Part shown: positions 59,331 to 64,000 of the stretch, in pieces
How positions within the stretch are numbered: the stretch's first letter is position 1
Layout: the number at the start of each line of letters is the position of its first letter
Assembly: GCF_025362475.1 (NCBI RefSeq)
Contig: NZ_JANYGH010000024.1
Location: forward strand, 2,164 to 66,163
Direction of reading: 5' to 3'
Origin: Mucilaginibacter sp.
GTDB taxonomy: Bacteria > Bacteroidota > Bacteroidia > Sphingobacteriales > Sphingobacteriaceae
Length of the DNA stretch: 64,000 bases
Program-made: the position numbers and the translations under genes
The notes under the pieces: model-generated
Databases searched by the model: none
What the model was told of the DNA's origin: nothing
Seen by the model: the letters and a program-made list of their open reading frames with translations, nothing else

Positions 59331-60659
59331 TCAGGGGAATTTAACACTGTTATATGAAGATATATCAGCCGAAGGAATATTAGCATTGTATTGTTTATTA
59401 ATAGCGCTTATAAACTGATTAGCCACAACGGCATAACCCCTTGGCGTTAAATGTATCCCATCCAACGAAAAAATGCCCCCGCTAATATAATTGGAGTTTA
59501 AACTTACTCCATTAATAAGCAAGCCCGATTGTTTTATGTTATTCAGGAAAGTAAAAGCATCAAAAACAGCCAGGCCTTTTGCGGCCGCAACAGATTTAAT
59601 GGTTCCGTTATAAGAATTAACATAATCAAGCGTCATAGCGGCTTCTGCTTGATCAAGTACATATTTATTATCTATAGGGGTATAAGGCGTTAGTCCGTAA
59701 GGCAGGTTGCCAAATGGCGTTGATACAGGTGTCCCAATCATACTTGTTGGAAAAGTAAGTATGATTAAATCAGACGCTGTAGCGGCCCGCGGCGCATAAG
59801 TGGTACCAGACACCAGCGCGTTTATATAAATTGCTGTAACAGCCGGATTAACCTTCTTAACCCCCGCCAAAATTGCATTCACGGTTATTGTGGTAAAGTA
59901 AGGTACCGAAGTAACATCTGGTATAGTAGCCACCACACCTTTTGCGCCACCTGCGGTAAGCTTACCAATAAGCAGGTTATATAGTTGTGCAAAGGTATTT
60001 TTATCTGTCAAAACATCACCTACACCACCGGCTGTTGCATATCCAAGGGCATCGTTATTACCAAGCCAGTTGGAGAAAAAGGTAAAAGGCTTCGCGGTAA
60101 CAAAATCAAGATACGTAGTATTGTTAGTAGGCGCGTTACCGGGCAGCAAACGTTCAAAGTACCCATTTAGATTACCGTATGGGGCATAGGTGATGTGAAA
60201 TAATTTTATGCCCGGTACTCCATAATTATTAAGTTCGCCGGCATATTTGGTATATAAAGTAACGTTACCGAAACCAGGTACCGTTAAAAAACCTCTTATA
60301 GCCAGGTTTGTTGTTACCGGCGTAGTCATAGGAGTTCCATCTGCATTAAACCCGCCCAGTTTCAAATAACCAGAGCCATTTGCCTGCTCTGGGGTAAAAA
60401 GTGGTTGCGTAAATGCCCCTCCTCCTACGCTTAACATTTGTTTGGCAATGATACTTGGATACGAGTTTAATTGTCCTTCGCGGTAAAGGCCACCATCAGC
60501 ATAACCGGCGGTTAATGAATTACCCACGGATATATAGCGCGTAAAATCTGCGGATCCTTTGGATGGTTTAAAGGTATTAATCTCTGGCTTACAGGCTGCA
60601 AAGCCCAATACACCAAGGATAAATAAGTAGCGATAGCAATATTGTTTAAAAGTCTTCAT
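59331..60659 (-). CDS. SGNH/GDSL hydrolase lipoprotein
   Basis: Lipobox FAAC, GNSLTAG, WLGNND, DGIH. Confidence 0.88.
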   Translation of the reverse strand: MKTFKQYCYRYLFILGVLGFAACKPEINTFKPSKGSADFTRYISVGNSLTAGYADGGLYREGQLNSYPSIIAKQMLSVGGGAFTQPLFTPEQANGSGYLKLGGFNADGTPMTTPVTTNLAIRGFLTVPGFGNVTLYTKYAGELNNYGVPGIKLFHITYAPYGNLNGYFERLLPGNAPTNNTTYLDFVTAKPFTFFSNWLGNNDALGYATAGGVGDVLTDKNTFAQLYNLLIGKLTAGGAKGVVATIPDVTSVPYFTTITVNAILAGVKKVNPAVTAIYINALVSGTTYAPRAATASDLIILTFPTSMIGTPVSTPFGNLPYGLTPYTPIDNKYVLDQAEAAMTLDYVNSYNGTIKSVAAAKGLAVFDAFTFLNNIKQSGLLINGVSLNSNYISGGIFSLDGIHLTPRGYAVVANQFISAINKQYNANIPSADISSYNSVKFP

Positions 60660-60678
60660 CTGTTTTGTTGTTTAGGAT

Positions 60679-61902
60679 TTACCAGTGGTAAGCAAGAGAA
60701 ATGCCGGGGATGTATACGTCGGTTTTAAATGTGCCTGATAGTTGCGATTGAGTATTGGTTTGCGTGCGCGACATCAGGTGCTCATATTCAAAACTAAAGT
60801 CAATATCAATGTGTCTGGTGGCATGATAGCCTAAACCTGTTGTTAAAAAAATACGATTAGCATCGGGCGCTTCCGGGGTAACATAGCCATCACGAACGGC
60901 GGTGCTGGCATAACCGCCGCCGGCGCGGATATCAAATTTGTTATTTGCCTTGTATTGTGCCCCTGCCCTTAAAGAAACCGCATTTTTATAGTTACGCTGA
61001 GAATAAGTATCCTGCAATTGGGCAGTGTTGGTTGCATAATTAAAAGCAAGTTGCTTGTAAACACTCCAGTTTACATAATTAACGTCAAATGCCAGCATCA
61101 GCTTTTTGTTGGGATATATACCAAAACCGATTGATGCTGTTGCAGGCAGAGGTAAAGAGGAACTAAAAGTATTAGGCTGAGGGAAACTGCTCTGAAGGGA
61201 AGCAGGAACGGTAAATATTGCGTCTCCTTTTTTAATGGTGGTATTTATTTTTGAACGATAAGATAAGCCCACGGTAAACATCTCCGATGGTTTATAATAA
61301 ATACCCGCGTTCCATCCGTATCCGTTACCACTTCCTTTTATCTCGGCTTGTCCGTCCTGCCCGTTTTGATTTGATATTGGGATGGCCTGGGTTAAATCAA
61401 CCGTGCTACGGTTATAAACAAACCCTGCACCTATGCTTAAATTATTAGCCAGTTTAACGCTCAATGTAGGCTGAAAATAAAAGGCTTTAAGATTAAGGCT
61501 TTCCAGCGAATATCTCCCAGCCCAATCATGGCCCCAATCGGTTAGCCCGCCAAAAGGCGTATAAACGGCCAGTCCAAGTTTCCACCAGGATGATTTGGGG
61601 CCTACTGCAGCGTAAACGCTAAATGGAGTGGCAACCTTGTTGGTGGTGTGGTACTGAGCCGATGTACCATTTGGGTTAAAAACGGATTTAAATACAAGCG
61701 GGCTTATTCCGGCCTGGATGTAATTACCGGGCAACATAACAACCGCGCCGGGGTTAAAAAATACAGAAGCTCCATCCTGCACCACCCCGGTGCCGGTGTG
61801 CCCCATCCCGATCTGTTTCTGACCTTCAAGGTTAACCTGAAATCCCTGGGCGAACGCCAGAACCGGTAATAACGCGAACGCTAAGAGTAATAGTTTTCTC
61901 AT
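60679..61902 (-). CDS. OmpP1/FadL-family outer-membrane transporter
   Basis: GFQVNLEGQKQIGMGHTG, ASVFFNPG, YTPFG, terminal aromatic AYHW. Confidence 0.9.
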   Translation of the reverse strand: MRKLLLLAFALLPVLAFAQGFQVNLEGQKQIGMGHTGTGVVQDGASVFFNPGAVVMLPGNYIQAGISPLVFKSVFNPNGTSAQYHTTNKVATPFSVYAAVGPKSSWWKLGLAVYTPFGGLTDWGHDWAGRYSLESLNLKAFYFQPTLSVKLANNLSIGAGFVYNRSTVDLTQAIPISNQNGQDGQAEIKGSGNGYGWNAGIYYKPSEMFTVGLSYRSKINTTIKKGDAIFTVPASLQSSFPQPNTFSSSLPLPATASIGFGIYPNKKLMLAFDVNYVNWSVYKQLAFNYATNTAQLQDTYSQRNYKNAVSLRAGAQYKANNKFDIRAGGGYASTAVRDGYVTPEAPDANRIFLTTGLGYHATRHIDIDFSFEYEHLMSRTQTNTQSQLSGTFKTDVYIPGISLAYHW

Positions 61903-62002
61903 AATATAATTGGTATAATTTAGGCCGCAGTTTGGGATTGCGCCTATTGTTTATTAAAAATTAAAATTACTTCGTTAAACAATCAAAAAAAGGGCTATAA
62001 TG

Positions 62003-62026
62003 CGGAGATATTAGTCAAAAAGTCGG
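62003..62026 (-). promoter_or_regulatory. 24-bp site, left copy (oriented toward fadL)
   Basis: CGGAGATATTAGTCAAAAAGTCGG, exact reverse complement of 62977-63000. Confidence 0.7.
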
Positions 62027-62059
62027 TTATGAAATATTTAAACCTTTTTAAGCTTTAAA

Positions 62060-62944
62060 ATGAAGAAGATAGGACAACTCAGTTTATCAAAGTTTGCGGA
62101 CCTATATGCGGACAAGCTGGTAGGCCCTGATTTTTTTATTACAGACGAAAAACAACTCCTCTCCCTTAGTGAATACCCTTACCGCTCAGATGGTTATATT
62201 ATAGGTATCTGTACGCGCGGAACCGCGTTAGTAGAAGTAAACCTGCAGGTTTACGAAGCTAAGCCTGATGCCATGCTGCTGGCTACCCCTTTTCATGTAT
62301 TAAGGATATACCAAAGCAGCCCCGATTTTTTGTGCAGGTTTATTGTTTTTTCGAAAGCCTTCCTCATTGAGAATAATGTAAATAGTCATTTCCTTGAATC
62401 TTTCAGTTATTTTAAAAGTGCATCCTTGCCGGTAATCTATCCCGATCATGAGGACGCTAAAATGCTGCTTGAAATTTATGTCCTGCTTCAGCAAAAACTC
62501 GACAGGCAGGATCACCCCTACCGCATGGAAATTTCCAGGAGTATCCTTATTACACTATTATATGAAGTAGGATCTATTTATGAAAAGCAGCATGTGATGG
62601 TTAAAGGAAAACTAAACCGCAAGCAGGAGCTGAATGTACTTTTCCAGGATTTAGTGTTTCATCATTATAAAGAGCACCGTAATGTGCAATATTATGCCGA
62701 TGCTTTATGCGTATCATCAAAACACCTTACCGAAACCATAAAAGATGTAACCGGCCGAACTGCCGGCGAATGGATAGATGACGCCGTGATTCTTGAAGCC
62801 AAAGTTTTGTTAAGGAACCAGGAGATCAGTATAGCTAATATCGCGTATGTAATTCATTTTCCAGACCAATCATCTTTTGGCAAGTATTTCAAAAAACAAA
62901 CAGGCTTATCACCTTCAGATTACCGGATGGCTATTCCCCGTTAG
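62060..62944 (+). CDS. AraC-family transcriptional regulator
   Basis: YYADALCVSSKHLTETIK, FPDQSSFGKYFKKQTGLSPSDYR. Confidence 0.93.
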   Translation: MKKIGQLSLSKFADLYADKLVGPDFFITDEKQLLSLSEYPYRSDGYIIGICTRGTALVEVNLQVYEAKPDAMLLATPFHVLRIYQSSPDFLCRFIVFSKAFLIENNVNSHFLESFSYFKSASLPVIYPDHEDAKMLLEIYVLLQQKLDRQDHPYRMEISRSILITLLYEVGSIYEKQHVMVKGKLNRKQELNVLFQDLVFHHYKEHRNVQYYADALCVSSKHLTETIKDVTGRTAGEWIDDAVILEAKVLLRNQEISIANIAYVIHFPDQSSFGKYFKKQTGLSPSDYRMAIPR

Positions 62945-62976
62945 TTAAAGCCCTACTTTAGCCAATATTCTTCTTT

Positions 62977-63000
62977 CCGACTTTTTGACTAATATCTCCG
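62977..63000 (+). promoter_or_regulatory. 24-bp site, right copy (oriented toward etfB)
   Basis: CCGACTTTTTGACTAATATCTCCG. Confidence 0.7.
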
Positions 63001-63137
63001 TACTGCCGCCCTTTGCGGCAGTAGCCTTCACTTCTAATTTTACCCCCTGATTATATAACCGGATGGCGCTTGCTATCAAAACAAATGGGGGCCGGTAAAG
63101 CCTTGTAAATTTTACCAGATTTAACATAATAACCTAT

Positions 63138-63881
63138 ATGAAGATATTAGTATGCATTAGCCAGGTGCCAGATACTACCACCAAAATAATATTAAAAGAT
63201 AATGACACGGCCATTAATAGCCAGGGTACTACCTATATAATTAATCCCTATGATGAGTGGTACGCACTGGTTCGTGCTATTGAATTAAAGGAAAGCGGGA
63301 TTGCTACTGAGATCCACCTGGTAACTGTTGGCAAAGCTGATATTGAGCCAGTAATACGCAAAGCACTCGCATTGGGAGGTGATGAGGCTATCAGGATTGA
63401 TGCCGAAAGTATCGACCCATACCAAACCGCAGTTTATATTGCTGATTACACTAAAAGTGCGGGGTACGACCTGGTATTGTGCGGTAAAGAGTCAATAGAC
63501 TATAACAACGGCACTACAGGCGTTTTGCTTGCCGAACTGCTTGACATGGATTATATAGGTTTTGCCACAAGTGTAAAAATTGAAGGTAATGTGGCCATAG
63601 TAAATCGTGAAATTGAGGGTGGTGAAGAAACCGATAGCTGCAACCTCCCGGTTGTAATTGCCTGCCAGAAAGGAGTAGCCGAAGCACGCATACCCAATAT
63701 GAGGGGCATCATGGCCGCACGCACACGCCCGTTAAAAGTAATTGCTCCATCAGCCATAACTCCTCTCACTGCTATCCTATCATACGAGTTACCACCTGCC
63801 AAAGCAGGGGTAAAATTGGTAAGCGCAGATAATATGGATGAACTGGTAGCCTTACTGCATACCGAAGCCAAGTCGATTTAA
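63138..63881 (+). CDS. etfB: Electron transfer flavoprotein beta subunit
   Basis: CISQVPDT, INPYDEWY, ALALGGD, GKESIDYNNG, ARIPNMRGIM. Confidence 0.95.
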   Translation: MKILVCISQVPDTTTKIILKDNDTAINSQGTTYIINPYDEWYALVRAIELKESGIATEIHLVTVGKADIEPVIRKALALGGDEAIRIDAESIDPYQTAVYIADYTKSAGYDLVLCGKESIDYNNGTTGVLLAELLDMDYIGFATSVKIEGNVAIVNREIEGGEETDSCNLPVVIACQKGVAEARIPNMRGIMAARTRPLKVIAPSAITPLTAILSYELPPAKAGVKLVSADNMDELVALLHTEAKSI

Positions 63882-63924
63882 ATAGTTATTAGTACTGTAA
63901 AAACATCAAACTAAATTAAAACAC

Positions 63925-64000
63925 ATGTCTGTAATTGTATTGGTAGAACATACCGGAGGAAATATAAAAAAGAAAAGCTTTGAAGCCGTGCAGTATGCAG
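63925..64000 (+). CDS. etfA: Electron transfer flavoprotein alpha subunit, 5' fragment
   Basis: MSVIVLVEHTGGNIKKKSFEAVQYA directly after etfB; truncated by window edge. Confidence 0.8.
   Translation, partial: MSVIVLVEHTGGNIKKKSFEAVQYA

Noticed and set aside
980-63871. Many 60-150-aa ORFs overlapping or antisense to called genes (e.g. 2012-2293, 21076-21474, 26757-27206, 49304-49648, 63551-63871)
   Set aside because: Shadow frames of well-supported genes with no recognisable motifs

Overview
Core-chromosome segment of a Sphingobacteriaceae bacterium (Mucilaginibacter/Pedobacter-like, inferred from gene content, TAnnTTTG promoters and A-rich, SD-less start regions). It carries an ECF sigma/anti-sigma pair, an acyltransferase-LytS-LytTR operon, dinB, SRP RNA, ypdA, an arginine cluster (GNAT argA, argG, argC, argD, argF', argB, proC), an ectoine-type aspartokinase, cinA, an LptD-like gene, an amidase, mlaD, rnz, purC, phoH, serC/serA, rpe and rpsO-pnp. 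An accessory-looking block (histidine kinase, lrp, fbp, tdh, a second RpoD-type sigma, pckA, RRM protein, GH140 relic, zf-CHC2) is followed by a fadL/SGNH-araC-etfBA lipid locus. No tRNA, rRNA, CRISPR, integrase or transposase was found. The most notable signals are non-coding: (1) a candidate ~85-nt sRNA at 58.6 kb whose unpaired core is perfectly complementary over 18 nt to the junction after the SOS-box-linked 2H phosphoesterase gene 51 kb away; (2) inverted arms of 7-9-nt tandem repeats at operon junctions, one enclosing a four-helix-bundle gene and one expanded to 33 copies; (3) an unannotated Arg-rich leader ORF before the arg operon; (4) a perfect 24-bp inverted repeat around araC, each copy at matching distance from a promoter-like box for fadL or etfB; (5) a translationally coupled tdh-sigma-pckA operon divergent from fbp-lrp. 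All calls come from reading the sequence; no searches or folding programs were run.
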